Assembly: GCA_964016885.1 (NCBI GenBank)
Contig: OZ024754.1
Span: 1,054,001 to 1,118,000, forward strand
DNA: 64,000 nucleotides
Direction: 5' to 3'
Source of the DNA: Eledone cirrhosa
Taxonomy: Eukaryota
The notes beneath the pieces are model-generated. The model searched no databases. It was not told where the DNA came from and saw only the letters and a list, made by a program, of their open reading frames with translations. Numbering within the stretch: the stretch's first letter is position 1; the number at the start of each line of letters is the position of its first letter. The position numbers were made by a program, and so were the translations under genes. This document shows, piece by piece, positions 1 to 12,640 of this stretch.

Positions 1-282
1 AGATAAAGTTCACACTTGATATTAGAGTTTAACCGAATGGCACGTAACTAACAATCGAAATGGGAATTGTGTGAATGGATTTTAATCATTCTATTCATAA
101 AATTATTGAACCGAATTAAGATCAGAAACAACTGTCTATTTATAATTCTGTACAAGAATTGGTAGTCTGAATTTCTTTTTAAACGGATAAAGGAAGACAT
201 GTTTTCGTAATTACGTAGTGGTCTCGCGTTCAGTCCTGCTGCTACATGGGCGAGATGTTTTACTATAGCCTTCGATTGTTAT

Positions 283-1180
283 ATGTATGTATGGGGTCGG
301 TGAGACATATGCAAGAAGACAAAGGTAAAGGTGTACAGGGCATGTGTGCTCTCTTCTCTTCTTTATGCCTGCGAGACCTGGGTCACATATCGACACCACC
401 CTAAACAATTGGAACGTTTCCATCAGATGTGTCTCAGACGGATACATGGCGTTCACTGGAGGGACCACATCAGTGATGTCGAGATTTTGGAAAGCTCTCT
501 GTGTGATAGTATAGAAGTTCTTGTGCTTAAGCAAAGACTCCGATGGAGTGGTCACCTTGCCAGGATGACGAATTCTAAAATACCAAAATAACTCTTTTAT
601 GGAGAGTTAGTTAAAGGAAAACGACCTCCACATGAGCCAAAAAAGAGGTATAAGGATTCGTTGAAAGCCTCTTTGAAAGACACTAACATCTCTGCTGATA
701 CATGGGAAAGCGTAGCTGCTGATCGTAATAAATGGAGAAAGACTGTACACGAGGGGAAAGTTGCTTTTGAGGCATCTTGAATCGCATACAAGAAAGTAAA
801 AAGGGGTGTGAGGAAAGGCATTGCTGTTGCATTTCCAGACATCGAAGGTCCTCCTATGGCGCTGACCCTATGGCGCTGACATGCAGGGTCTGTGCGAGAC
901 TCTGTCTCAGCAAAGCTGGACTCGAAAGTAATCTTCGCAGTCATAAAGTGAGACCAGTGGTTGACTACCAGGCTGCTGTCGAAGATGCTACTCATCATGC
1001 CTGTCAAGCATGTGGAAAAGAATGTAGATCAGCAGGAGGGTTCAAAGGACATGCAAAAGTACATGAAATCCAACCACAGCCGGCTATTGCCAGTGAATGT
1101 TTTGGTTGCCAATTCTGTGCAAGACATTTTACATAATTGGCTGGGTTAAAAAACCACATTCGATCGCAGCACCATTATTG
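283..1180 (+). mobile_element. RTE-clade LINE 3' fragment (RT C-terminus plus C2H2 zinc fingers), disrupted
   Basis: VYRACVLSSLLYACETW...LRWSGHLARM...LFYGEL..GKR...KKRYKDSLK, then CRVCARLC, CQACGKEC..H..VH and CQFCARHF..H fingers; stops and frameshifts. Confidence 0.85.
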
Positions 1181-1286
1181 TTAATATATATGTGTATATA
1201 TGTATGTGTGTGTGTGTATGTATATATGTGTGTGTGTGTATGTGTATATATATATATATGTGTGTGTGTGTATATATATATATCTA

Positions 1287-1357
<71 letters not shown>

Positions 1358-1387
1358 GTATTTATTATTATTATTATTATTATTATT

Positions 1388-1698
1388 GTTCTTTGAGTCT
1401 CAGTCGTTGATGTTATTTAACTTGAAAGTTTGTTGAAATTAATATCAAGCCCTACCTGCAGCCTCAGATATTCAGGACGTATTGGAGAGTTCTTTCTGTT
1501 CCCAGCAAGCATACTCTTTGAAGTGTTCCAAAAAGCGGGGCTGGACTAATTTTCTTTAACCATCCTTGGAAACTCTTTGAGATAGTACCTAGTGCGCCTA
1601 TGACAATCGGGACGACTCTGACTTCATGGCAGTTCCAAATCCCTTTTACCTCCCACTTTAAGTCCTGGTATCGGTTAATTTTCTCCCTCTCCTTCTCT
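1388..1698 (-). mobile_element. R4/Dong-clade (restriction-like endonuclease) LINE 3' end
   Basis: Reverse complement closely matches 48830-49140; 3' end abuts (TAA)n. Confidence 0.85.
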
Positions 1699-1729
1699 TA
1701 TTATTATTATTATTATTGTTATTATTATT

Positions 1730-2105
1730 GTTCTTTGAGTCTCAGTCATTGATGTTTTTTAACTGGAAAGTTTATTCAAATGAACATCAAGCCGCTACCT
1801 GCAGCTTCAGATATTTAGGACGTATCGGAGGGTTCTTGCAAGCATGCCTTTTGAAGTGTTCCAAAAACGGGGCTGGACTAATCTTCTTTGACCATCCTTG
1901 AAAACTCTTTGAGATAGTACCTAGTGCTCCTATGACAATCAGGACGACCTTGATCTCATGACAGTCACAAATCATTTTTAACTCCCACTTTAAATCCTGG
2001 TATCGGTTAATTTTCTCCTCCTTTTCTTGCACTCTTGTGTCAAAGGTACAGGCACGATCTTTTTTTCCTTGTCAAAAACTACCAGGTCAGGCCTATTGTG
2101 TTCTA
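1730..2105 (-). mobile_element. Second tandem R4/Dong-clade LINE 3' end
   Basis: KINRYQDLKWEL...IVIGALGTISK on minus strand; flanked by (TAA)n. Confidence 0.85.
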
Positions 2106-2134
2106 ATTAGAGTATAAATCTATAATGTTTATAA

Positions 2135-2444
2135 TCCTGTTCCTTATCATAATAGTTTTATACCTTGTTCCTTATCATAATAGTTTTATACCTTGTTCCT
2201 TATCATATAGTTTTATACTCTGCTCTGCGCAGAGTATAAAACTATAATTGTTTCTACTTTTGGCACAAGGCCAGCAATTTTCCCAGTGTATTACTGGTAC
2301 TTTATTTTATCCTTACGGGGTCGATAAAATAAAGTACCAGTAATACACTGGAATAATTGCTGGCCTTGTGCCAAAAGTAGAAACAATTATAGTTTTATAA
2401 TCTGCGCAGAGCAGAGTATAAAACTATAATGATAAAGAACAAGG
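2135..2444. repeat. Fold-back of a SINE 3' end, with inverted flanks and a 28-bp unit repeated three times
   Basis: 2244-2310 is the reverse complement of 2324-2392; ccttgttccttatcataatagttttata x3 at about 2135-2218. Confidence 0.85.
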
Positions 2445-2805
2445 ATTCAGTGTTGCATCATAACATTCAATAATATATTACATATGTTTCTCTATCGATC
2501 AGCTCGAGGCAAGATCTATTATAGATCGAACCTGACTCTATAATCGAAAGGTAGTCAGATATGTTTTGTATATGAGTTCGTCTCCGATTCTGTGTGTTCA
2601 GCTATTAGCTATCTACAGCACATATTAGCATCCTGTTCTTTTAGGCCTTTTTATTGGTTCAATTATCCCATCATCATCATCATCATCATCATCATTATAT
2701 CCTCTGGGTGGCGTTTGTCTGTCCTCCGGTCAAGCTGTCGTGCTCGTTCGGGCGTGGGTGTCATTGGCCTGTCTTTTACTGCTAGAATTAATGTCCCTAT
2801 ATGTA

Positions 2806-2932
<127 letters not shown>

Positions 2933-3607
2933 ACGTGTGTGTCTGTTCGAATATGTGTGCACATTTACTGTTTGTTTATATGCCGTAATTTAATGGTTCG
3001 ATAAATGTAGATTGATAAATGGAGATTGGAAAATTAAAATACCTACAAGGGCTCGATATGATCAAATACATTCCTTGAAGGCATTGGCCCAGCATGTGCA
3101 CAGTTTAAGGACGAAATCAACAAAAGAATAAAAGAATCAAAGTTTATGCAGAACTGATACGGGATCAAAGCACCCGAATGACTAACTGTCCTATTTTAAA
3201 TATTCGCTCAATAGAGATATACTACAGACGATGAGAGAGTTGGAATATTGTGATGGTTTTATAATACAGATTCAAAACTGTATTTGAAAAGGATACATAT
3301 CGTCGAAACCGACGGAGGTCCAGCACACATATATGAGGTATTTCTGGTGTATTTTCTTATGAGACAACCAACCGCTATTTTTTTAAATCGTATAAATATC
3401 GATAGATATTAGATTCGCATTTAATAAATTTAATTTACTTTAATTTAATTTAATTTAATTTAATTTTGTTTCATCAGTGTGTTGTAGAATAAAAAAAAAA
3501 CAAGTGGAGAAATAGTTATTTAATTATTTAATTATTCCACTTATTTATCTATCTATTTATTCATTTATTTGCTAGTTATTTATTTGTTAGTGTGAGAATA
3601 ATGATGA

Positions 3608-3826
3608 TCAATTCGGTATTCGTACCAACCTATATCTATGGTCATGAATCTTGGGTAAGAAGAATATGATCGCGAATACAAGCGGCCGAAATGAGGTTCC
3701 TCCGAAGAGTTTTGGAGTAACGTTACTTGATAAAGTTCGTAGCTCAGAGATCGGACGAAGCGTCACTCTAGGTAAAGTTGCTACTTCTCCGAATTGAGAG
3801 ATCACATGTGGTTAGAATGTCTCAGG
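3608..3826 (+). mobile_element. RTE-clade LINE fragment; inverted copy of 4566-4783
   Basis: IYGHESW..IQAAEMRFLRRVFGVTLLDKVRSSEI; identical ORF-track peptide on opposite strands. Confidence 0.8.
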
Positions 3827-4082
3827 TTGGTATTATTGGTTTAATGCCAACCGTTCAGTAGATCAGCGATAGTGTTATAAATAAAAAGAAAGGTGTCACA
3901 TATGGCTGCAGAATTCTCTTTGAGTTTATATACCATTTAAATCCTTAATTTTGAGCAGATAGCATGTTCTATGACATTTTAAAATAATTGGTGTCGGAAT
4001 TTTCTGAGCTGGAATTAAAGTGTTGATATTAAAAAAAGTGAGGTTCTTAGATCAGAAATGACCAAATGGTTCCACCCATTCT

Positions 4083-4353
4083 CTTCTTCTTCTTCTTCTT
4101 CTTCTTCTTCTTCTTCTTCTTCTTCTTCTTCTTCTTCTTCTTCTTCTTCTTCTTCTTCTTCGTCTTCTTCTTCTTCTTCTTCTTCTTCTTCTTCTTCTTC
4201 TTCTTCTTCTTCTTCTTCTTCTTCTTCTTCTTCTTCTTCTTCTTCTTCTTCTTCTTCTTCTTCTTCTTCTTCTTCTTCTTCTTCTTCTTCTTCTTCTTCT
4301 TCTTCTTCTTCTTCTTCTTCTTCTTCTTCTTCTTCTTCTTCTTCTTCTTCTTC
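4083..4353. repeat. (TTC)n tract, tail of the adjacent minus-strand RTE element
   Basis: Direct reading; the related element at 23501-23840 also ends in (GAA)n. Confidence 0.95.
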
Positions 4354-4355
4354 AC

Positions 4356-4783
4356 CCACGTATTGCTGAGAGGGTCATGGGGGAAGAGTCCTCAAACACT
4401 CCTTCCAGTGAGTCCTGTCAGAAGCAACCGTCTTCAACTGATCTGGCTAGGTCCCCAAGCAAGACCAGCCGAGCTCATGGATGTTATACAACCATCTTAC
4501 TCAGGGTCTACCCTTGGGTCTCCTGCCAGTTGGTTTTGTCCATAAAATCTGTCCAGCGATTCTTTCCTGAGACATTCTAGCCACATGTGATCTCTCAATT
4601 CGGAGAAGTAGCAACTTTACCTAGAGTGACGCTTCGTCCGATCTCTGAGCTACGAACTTTATCAAGTAACGTTACTCCAAAACTCTTCGGAGGAACCTCA
4701 TTTCGGCCGCTTGTATTCGCGATCATATTCTTCTTACCCAAGATTCATGACCATAGATATAGGTTGGTACGAATACCGAATTG
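4356..4783 (-). mobile_element. RTE-clade LINE 3' end
   Basis: HVARMSQERIAGQILWTKPTGRRPKGRP-type C-terminus followed by (GAA)n. Confidence 0.8.
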
Positions 4784-4795
4784 GTTTAATGGGTG

Positions 4796-4979
4796 GTAGA
4801 TTGGCCGTATCGGTAGAGAGTCAGACGCCATGCTTTGACGCAGGGAGTTACGGCCCTTGCCAATCTGAGTTCAAATCCCACCGAGGTCAACTTTGCCTTT
4901 CATCCTTACGGGGTCGATAAAATAAAGAACCAGTAATGCACTCGGTAATTGTGGCCTTGTGCCAAAAGTAGAAACAATT
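4796..4979 (+). mobile_element. tRNA-derived SINE with 16-bp target-site duplication
   Basis: A-box-like ttggccgtatcggtag, B-box gagttcaaatcc, core ctttgcctttcatccttacggggtcgataaaataaag; TSD attggtttaatgggtg at 4780-4795 and 4980-4995. Confidence 0.9.
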
Positions 4980-5084
4980 ATTGGTTTAATGGGTGCTACT
5001 GTTCTAATTTTTTTTATCCCTCTGGGTTTAATCTCTCCGTTTAACTTAGAATTTTTATCGCGACAAAAAAAAAATACTAATTTG

Positions 5085-5380
<296 letters not shown>

Positions 5381-5649
5381 GAAATACACATATACTTTCT
5401 TTCAAACTAGTTATAGTCAAACCAGTTCTTTATGCTTAGTTTGGAATAGTAGCGTTCCTAAATTCATATGTTTCGAAGCTTTCATGGGCGCATCTTCAGA
5501 ATTATAATGCTCAAAGTAGTAGCATAATAGTCTCATAAAGTATCTTGGGCGTGACTGAAAATTGAGGACACCTGATTTAAAATTTCTGTGTTTGTTGCAT
5601 GCCAAGCTCTGTAAGCCTCCTTCTTTGTTCGGATGGCATCCAAAATCTG

Positions 5650-5825
5650 CAGTACCACAGCCAAGGAACTTTGTGGAAGAAACCCCGACTGACTGGATCT
5701 CTGGCATTCAAATATATAGTACCAGAGCCAGGGAACTTTGTTGAAGAAACCTCAACTGACTGGATTTCTGGCATCCAAATCTACCGTACCAGAGCCAGGA
5801 CGTAATCGAAACTGGATCTCTGGAA
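5650..5825. repeat. Imperfect tandem repeat, about 67-bp unit, 2.5 copies
   Basis: gtacca(c/g)agcca(a/g)ggaactttgt(g/t)gaagaaacc...gactggat(c/t)tctggcat repeated. Confidence 0.8.
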
Positions 5826-6513
5826 AAGCACCTAAGCAATAGCAATCAGCAGTGATAATCACAATTTTAAAAATTAGTAGCGATAAGTCGCATGTAGAAC
5901 GAAGGTCAAATTCACCAAAGCCCATGGAAAATTTTGCTTGCTACCAACATGCCGTTAAAAATGTTACGGCAAACGTATTTGACACATGCATCAATGGTGA
6001 TGCCGAGTTTCTGGAGAGGTATCTATAGAGATAATATGGTATAGAATAATTTTAACTATATTGAAAAAAAATATTCAGTATATAATAATTTTTAATATAA
6101 ATTAAAAGAATTTCCAGCGGAAAACAGGCAGGTTTCTACGTATAACAGGTAAATAAATGCTACAGTTCATATACAACTAAGTATTCAATCATCAACAGCA
6201 TGTTATCCACTTACAATGTTCTTTAGGTGTTCATTTGCTGCATTCTAATGTATTTTCTTGGTAGGTTATGAATATTACCAGTTAGTCGATCGATATATTT
6301 TTCATTTACACGTTGGTCACGTACTAATTTTTTCACGAATCTCCGTAATGAAGGATGAGTAATGGCAATAGGTTTATTACTTGCTGTATGTTGCATATTA
6401 TTTTACCCTGCTGCGTTTCCTTTTAATATCCATAATTTATTTATCTGAACAATTCTCTTTTATGTGCATTGCTTTTACAACGACGAGTGAGCTGAAAAGC
6501 GCTAAAGTTGACT

Positions 6514-6620
<107 letters not shown>

Positions 6621-6636
6621 TAAAATAACAGATTAA

Positions 6637-6686
6637 AGTTTAAGCAAAGAATCGCTGCTTTCACCCTTAACGGGATCTTCTGAAGC
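6637..6686 (-). ncRNA. Type-I hammerhead motif, U4A core (CAGAAGA)
   Basis: Minus strand: gctt CAGAAGA tccc gttaa gggt GAAA gca...tgc TT aaact. Confidence 0.6.
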
Positions 6687-7065
6687 GGAGATTCATTCGG
6701 TTTCCTAGTTAGAATTTTAGTCTACGACTTCAGCTATACCATTTACGTGGTTTTGTCTTTGCGTGCAATTGTTCTCCACGCTCCACATATGACGTATTAT
6801 CATCGTTTTTTCCGTTCATTGCCAGAGAACGTCTCTATGAACCACCTAAGAGAACATTAGTCTACGACTTCTTTTATACCATAAACGTGGTTCTGTCTTT
6901 GCGTGTAATTGTTTTTCTCCGCTCCTATTAATGACGTATTATATTCGTTTTTTCCCGTTCTTTGCCAGGGAACGTTTTCACGAACCAAAGTATCGTCTTC
7001 CTGTCTTCCTCCGGTTGCAACGTTTTTTGAAATATCCACTTCTGCGTTTACAGATTGACTTTGTT

Positions 7066-7116
7066 AGTTTCAGAAGATCCCATTAAGGGTGAAAGCAGCG
7101 ATTCTTTGCTTAAACT
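7066..7116 (+). ncRNA. Type-I hammerhead motif, U4A core
   Basis: agttt CAGAAGA t ccc attaa ggg t GAAA gca gcgattctt tgc TT aaact; three helices form; predicted cut after 7111. Confidence 0.7.
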
Positions 7117-7223
7117 TTAATCTGTTATTTTAATAAATATTTGCTCTACGGTTCTTATATATTTGATATATATTTATCCTTATCGAGTCCTCTTTGGATT
7201 TTAGTCTTCAAATTTATTATTAT

Positions 7224-7264
<41 letters not shown>

Positions 7265-7296
7265 AAAGAATAGAGGTGTAACACACAAGTTATGAT

Positions 7297-7553
7297 ATAT
7301 TGGTAAACGGAATAGAAAATGCTGACAAATTGTTCACAGTGAAAAATAGTTTAATTAGGAATAAGTGATAATTAGTAATAGTATTGGTTAGTATTAAATT
7401 ATTTTTGAAAAGCATTAGAAATGCGCAACCGGTAAAACTTAAAACCAAAACTTAATACTAACCAATACTATTACTAATTATCACTTATTCCTAATTAAAC
7501 TATTTTTCACTGTGAACAATTTGTCAGCATTTTCTATTCCGTTTACCAATATA
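7297..7553. repeat. About 100-bp-arm inverted repeat between (TA)n (PLE-type fold-back)
   Basis: 7297-7397 vs 7452-7553; related copy at about 55690-55853. Confidence 0.85.
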
Positions 7554-7873
7554 TATATATATATATATAGTAGAATAATCGAGTATCGAAAAATCGGCGC
7601 ACGAGTTCACGATAAACAAAATTCGATATGAGCGGCAGAGGGCTCAATAATTTAGATAAATCAGAGCTATAACTATCGTTAAAATACCGTCACACATAGA
7701 ACAAGTCTATAATCAACCGTACGACCGAAAAGTTGCGATCTGGAAGATTCGGGACACTCAGATAAAAAATCAATAAATCAATAAATCAAATGTGATATAT
7801 ATATATTTTATCTAAAGACATTTTTTCCAATCCCAACACGCCGTCCCCTCAATCTATTTTATTTCTCATTCTT

Positions 7874-7909
7874 TCTTCTGGTGAAGGACTAGCGTCCGAA
7901 TCGTTAAGA
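7874..7909 (+). ncRNA. Degenerate minimal hammerhead (A6G, GAAT)
   Basis: tctt CTGGTGA a ggac tagc gtcc GAAT cg TT aaga. Confidence 0.5.
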
Positions 7910-8010
7910 CCCTCTTCCTGCTATATTAAGCGTTAACCTAATATATACCTTCCATATACTGTACCGATTGTGTTGTTATTTCTGTTTACCTTTTACATAC
8001 ATACATACAT

Positions 8011-8043
<33 letters not shown>

Positions 8044-8106
8044 GTAAGAGGTGAGTTTTATTGGTGAACAACAAAGCAATGCAAATATCGGATAAGTAGC
8101 ACTCAA

Positions 8107-8154
<48 letters not shown>

Positions 8155-8410
8155 TCACTCAACACTATATATATATATATATCAAATATTAAGCAAGCAA
8201 ACTAATCAATGAGGAGAGGAAAGTGATTAGCTAAGAAATACAAGCCAGTAGAAAGAGGGTTAGTGTGCTCGATGCGTATAGTTTGCAAGAGTGGAGAAGA
8301 AAGTGAGTAATTCGTAGAAAATATGCCTAGCAAAATTATTATATGCGGAGCTAAAAAGCGTGTATTATACGTCAGAGAAAACAACAAATTTTTGAATATG
8401 TATATTTACG

Positions 8411-8531
8411 GGCTGAAAACTTTTTCGGGAGCCGAATGATTAATTTGCACATGGAGTAAATAATTACCGATCCAAAAATCGATAAACGTACAGTGAAAAC
8501 TAATATTATATTCAGCGCCCTCATCAGAGCC
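8411..8531 (-). ncRNA. Type-I hammerhead, canonical core, long helix II
   Basis: Minus strand: ggct CTGATGA gggcgctgaat...attcggctccc GAAA a agtt t TC agcc. Confidence 0.8.
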
Positions 8532-8837
8532 AAAAATAAGGAAATAAACATATTAGTTCAAAATATTATATACATATCACCGAAGGTCAGATCCTACATA
8601 AAAGCGATAGTTGCATAGATATCGTCCACATTTTTAAAAAGTGCATATAGCGAAAAGCCGTGAACATTTCCATAATCATGTGTCATCAGTGGTAAGATTG
8701 CCTAGGATAATTAGTAATCAAAGGAGATAAATAAACAGTAATGTGTAGCTAAATGTTATCTAAATTTTACTAGCGAAAATTGATAATAAGGTTAGGGGGA
8801 GTAAGAAATTAATACACACACACACATATATATATAT

Positions 8838-8950
8838 AATTAGAAATTGAACAACACAAATATTTTGTGTTGTTCAATTTCTAATTAAATAGCTCTGTTC
8901 TATACATAGAGCACTCTTTTTTCCTTTCCCTTTCCTTCGGAGTTACCTAA
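8838..8950 (+). mobile_element. Mini fold-back PLE 3' end
   Basis: Palindrome taattagaaattgaacaacacaaa..ttgtgttgttcaatttctaatta followed by gctctg...agagc hairpin. Confidence 0.6.
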
Positions 8951-8961
8951 CACACACACAT

Positions 8962-9050
<89 letters not shown>

Positions 9051-9203
9051 CATATATAAATATATATACATATATTCATTAGTTAAGCAAAACAAGACCA
9101 CAAATTTCACAAGGAAGACATCATTAAAAGATTGTCAACATATTTTAGTTTGATGTAAGGAATGTAGAGAATAATAATAATATTAATAATAATAATAATG
9201 TCC

Positions 9204-9323
9204 GTTTACAATTGCTTCGCTACTCCATATAATATTTCTGGATCAGATGACTATATATCATAATTGATCTGGTTCAGTTGAAAATAATTAACATATTTAA
9301 AAGACAGAGCGGCTCATCGGAAC
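9204..9323 (-). ncRNA. Hammerhead motif, U4C core, GAAA mutated to GAAG
   Basis: Inverted copy of 9428-9547. Confidence 0.55.
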
Positions 9324-9427
9324 TTCAAAGGAATATAACTTAAAATAATGAGAGAATGTTACATAATATAATGTTCACATAATATAATGGAACATTATAT
9401 TATGTAACATTCTCTAATTCCTTTGAA

Positions 9428-9547
9428 GTTCCGATGAGCCGCTCTGTCTTTTAAATATGTTAATTATTTTCAACTGAACCAGATCAATTATGATATAGAG
9501 TCATCTGATCCAGAAATATTATATGGAGTAGCGAAACAATTGTAAAC
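9428..9547 (+). ncRNA. Type-I hammerhead motif, U4C core (CCGATGA), long helix II
   Basis: gtt CCGATGA gccgctctgt...atggagtagc GAAA caattg TA aac. Confidence 0.7.
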
Positions 9548-9832
9548 GGACAATATTATTCTCTACATTCCTTACATCAAACTAAAATATGTTGACAATC
9601 TTTCAATAATGTTTTCCTTGTGAAATGTGTGGTCTTGTTTTGCTTAACTAATGAATATTTCCAGCCCTGAGCACCTAACTTCTGCATGAACCCAGCCACC
9701 TAGCTGCTTTCTACTGCATATTGCACATTGAGCACATGCTTTACGCTTTGGCTTCTAACTAATTCACCAATCTCTCCTCTCATATCTCCTCTCCTATCTC
9801 CATCTCTCTCTTTAAGATTGGTTACTCTTGAA

Positions 9833-9906
<74 letters not shown>

Positions 9907-9907
9907 A

Positions 9908-10537
9908 CTAGCTGAGCTACCCGGTGATTCCCGGGTTGTTTTATTAAAGTTACAATAGTTGACCATTGAAATATGATTGCTGAATTTTAACTAAAGTAGG
10001 AATTGTAGCAGAACATTTATTATTTAAAGCAAATCATGTAGATAAAAATATTATTAGTTTTGTCCAGTAGTGATTTTTTTAAATACTGCTCACTATTACA
10101 GTCAGCATATATAATGCTTCGCACTTGGAAGAATCATTAGGTATGTTGTCAGTGAAAAGGGCATGACCAAATAAATAAATTTAGATTTTATTTATCCTCT
10201 TTTTTGGCACAATCAGACCTCTGAAATTCAAACAAAAGTGAAGGCTATTTTAAAAAGCATAAATAAAATTAAAAAAATAAATTTACCATTGGTTCATGAA
10301 TGAATGAAGAATTTACTTACTCATTTCTGTAATTCAGGAAAGTTTATGTAAGTGTGGTAAATATATACATATATACCAGGAACCAAACTCCCACTGTCAC
10401 TGCCCCCATCTCTCCCGATCTCCCGATCTCCCCATCACTCATTATTATGAACAAATTGGGGCCCACTGGACGCAACACAGCTGGTTTCATCCAGAGGGAG
10501 AAAGAGTGAGGGCTTGAAAGAGATGAAGTGGGAAAGA
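9908..10537 (-). mobile_element. Non-autonomous Helitron-like element
   Basis: Minus-strand 3' end: cccggg aatca ccggg hairpin then CTAG; 5' limit uncertain. Confidence 0.55.
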
Positions 10538-10701
10538 TATATATATATATATATATAATGAAATGACAGGAGGCTGGATTTGTGTAAATCCTTGAAAGGT
10601 TTATTATACTATGATCATTTCAATATATATATATATATATAAATTAATAAAAGCAATGAAATAAAAACAAAGAACAGGTTCATTATATTGAAAAAAATCA
10701 G

Positions 10702-10834
10702 CATTTTACGATAGTTTCTGGGATATATATACGTGTTGGTATGTATATCATATTTAAGATCTATGTAAAAAAATATTACAAGTTATCAGAAGAGATATAC
10801 ATACCTTCACCTATATATGCCATCTTCAGAAATG
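10702..10834 (-). ncRNA. Type-I hammerhead, canonical core, long well-paired helix II
   Basis: Minus strand: cattt CTGAAGA tggcatatata...ggtatgtatatc/gatatacatacc...tatatatccca GAAA c tatc g TA aaatg. Confidence 0.85.
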
Positions 10835-11598
10835 ATGAACTATGCTTATTGAAAGAAACAAAATATTAATACAAAAAGTCTGTTTGGGAACAGGTTTTGA
10901 ATTGACCAATAGAAAAGAGTTAGAGGTCAAGTTGATAGAATAACAGTAGTAGAACTTTATGCTAGGAGTGGAGGAAGGTAAATTTATGCTTTGAATGAAA
11001 AGAATACAATGGGAAAGAAAAAGATAGGGGTTAAAATGAGGTCAAGTCAATGAGATAGTGAAGGATCCCCCCCCCCCCCAAAAAAAAAAATTTGATGTTA
11101 TTAAAGAATGCTGTTAAAAACGAAGGGTAAATAATTTTTTTTGTGGGATGAGTGTTAGTGAGAAGTACTACTGTTTAAATTTCAAGGAACCTAGATACAT
11201 AAAAGGAAATTAAATTGATAGGTATACTTACAGAGTTAAAATTATATTAATTCTTATGAATGTGATAAATAAAGAAGTTAAAAAAATATATATATATATA
11301 TATATATAGAAAGACTGAAATAGATACCATTTTATAAAAAGTAGTGTATCTATCTAAACATCCATAATATTAAAGATATTAATTATATTTACTAATCCTA
11401 GGTATTAAATGTGATAGATAGGGGATGCGGTTAAAAGAAGTAGTGAGGTTAAAGATAACTTTAGGCAAAGTTATCTGTAAGAGGGAAATAAAATTATGAA
11501 ATTCTTTATAGTAAATATCTAATTATAGGTTAACTAAATAAAAAAAATTAAAAAAAATTAATTATAATAATTTGTAAAATATAAGAGTGAGGTATATA

Positions 11599-11808
11599 TT
11601 AATTAAGTTTATAATATTTGAAGGTTTTTCTAATTCTATGATTGCATGATATAATTATCTCCTGTCGCTTATTTAATAGGATATCTTTAGATTTCATGAT
11701 TTCAAATAGTTCTTGGAAGCATAACCTACACTCATATCTGCTATTTTGATATGGGGTGGTCCTTTTGAGCACGCTCCAGGTCAGGTTGTAATCAATATCT
11801 TTCTTTCT
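11599..11808 (-). pseudogene. PLE GIY-YIG endonuclease C-terminal fragment (69 aa, not in ORF track)
   Basis: RKKDIDYNLTWSVLKRTTPYQNSRYECRLCFQELFEIMKSKDILLNKRQEIIISCNHRIRKTFKYYKLN*; W..L, CxLC..E, LNKR.E...C.H pattern of PLE ORF ends. Confidence 0.85.
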
Positions 11809-11830
11809 ATGATTATTAATATATATATAA

Positions 11831-11873
<43 letters not shown>

Positions 11874-12302
11874 GGGAGAACTCAGTACAGGACTGGTACT
11901 TTATTGATCTTGAAAGGATGAAAAATTAAGTTGACATTAGCGAGATTTGAACTGAGAACATAGAAATACGGAAGAAATATTACTGTATTAATTATAGACA
12001 ATTGCAGCACAGCTAACAGACACATTTATCTGTAAATGATAACGATGTGTTTATCTAAGATTTTTACAACAAAAAAGGAAGTTTTAATTTAATTTATTTA
12101 TTTGTTTTTATTATGTCCTTGAGTAAGCTAATTTTAACACGTTGATAAAACACAACGTGATGAAAGACGTGTAAACAATATGAACTTCATGGGTGAGCCG
12201 AGAGAAGCTTAACAATATAGGTAGAGACGAAAGAGATTTTGTCACGGCTTTTACGAGAGCCAGAGTGGCTGAATTGTTCACACGGCGGTAAATATCGTAG
12301 AG

Positions 12303-12370
12303 CAGAGGTTCTCAAACTTTTTGGCCCCCCACCCTCACGGCACCGTAAAACCCCCAGCGCCCCCTCCCAA
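12303..12370 (+). mobile_element. hAT-like DNA transposon terminus
   Basis: cagaggttctcaaactttttggcccc resembles hAT/Charlie-type TIRs; no partner end found nearby. Confidence 0.45.
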
Positions 12371-12640
12371 CCCTATTCCCAGAGAGACTTGCATACACGC
12401 AAATGGTAAATAATATATAATAAATAAAATCGTTAATTTATATTTAATAAATAATATAATATATTCTATGTATAAATAAATATTATATAATTTTTATTTT
12501 ACTATATTTATATATACTGTAAGTATCATTTGATATTTAATATGTTATTATATCATCTCTACCCTCATGAGGGACTAAACTCTGTGAGTGAACATCGTTA
12601 ATTTTCTCCCTCATATCAAGGATTTGAAGACAATTCATTT

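Larger units (their letters stand above)
9072..9836 (+). mobile_element. PLE-type fold-back element in (TA)n; third copy at 15463-15740
   Basis: About 9072-9370 inverted against 9393-9659; right arm carries an extra tail. Confidence 0.8.
10640..11810 (-). mobile_element. 5'-truncated Penelope-like element: GIY-YIG C-terminus, long 3' UTR, hammerhead, (TA)n
   Basis: Contains the ORF remnant at 11599-11808 and the hammerhead at 10702-10834 on the same strand. Confidence 0.85.

Noticed and set aside
5650-5825. Repeat array superficially CRISPR-like
   Set aside because: Contiguous tandem units without unique spacers; no cas genes; eukaryotic DNA.
8655-8695. Minus-strand CTGATGA...GAAA near 8683
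   Set aside because: No UH triplet or helix I in register; at best a decayed motif.
10558-10623. Three-way-junction-like insert between TA tracts (tgaaatga/tcatttca, ggattt/aaatcc, GAAA)
   Set aside because: Core reads CAGGAGG and there is no valid cleavage triplet; too degenerate to call.
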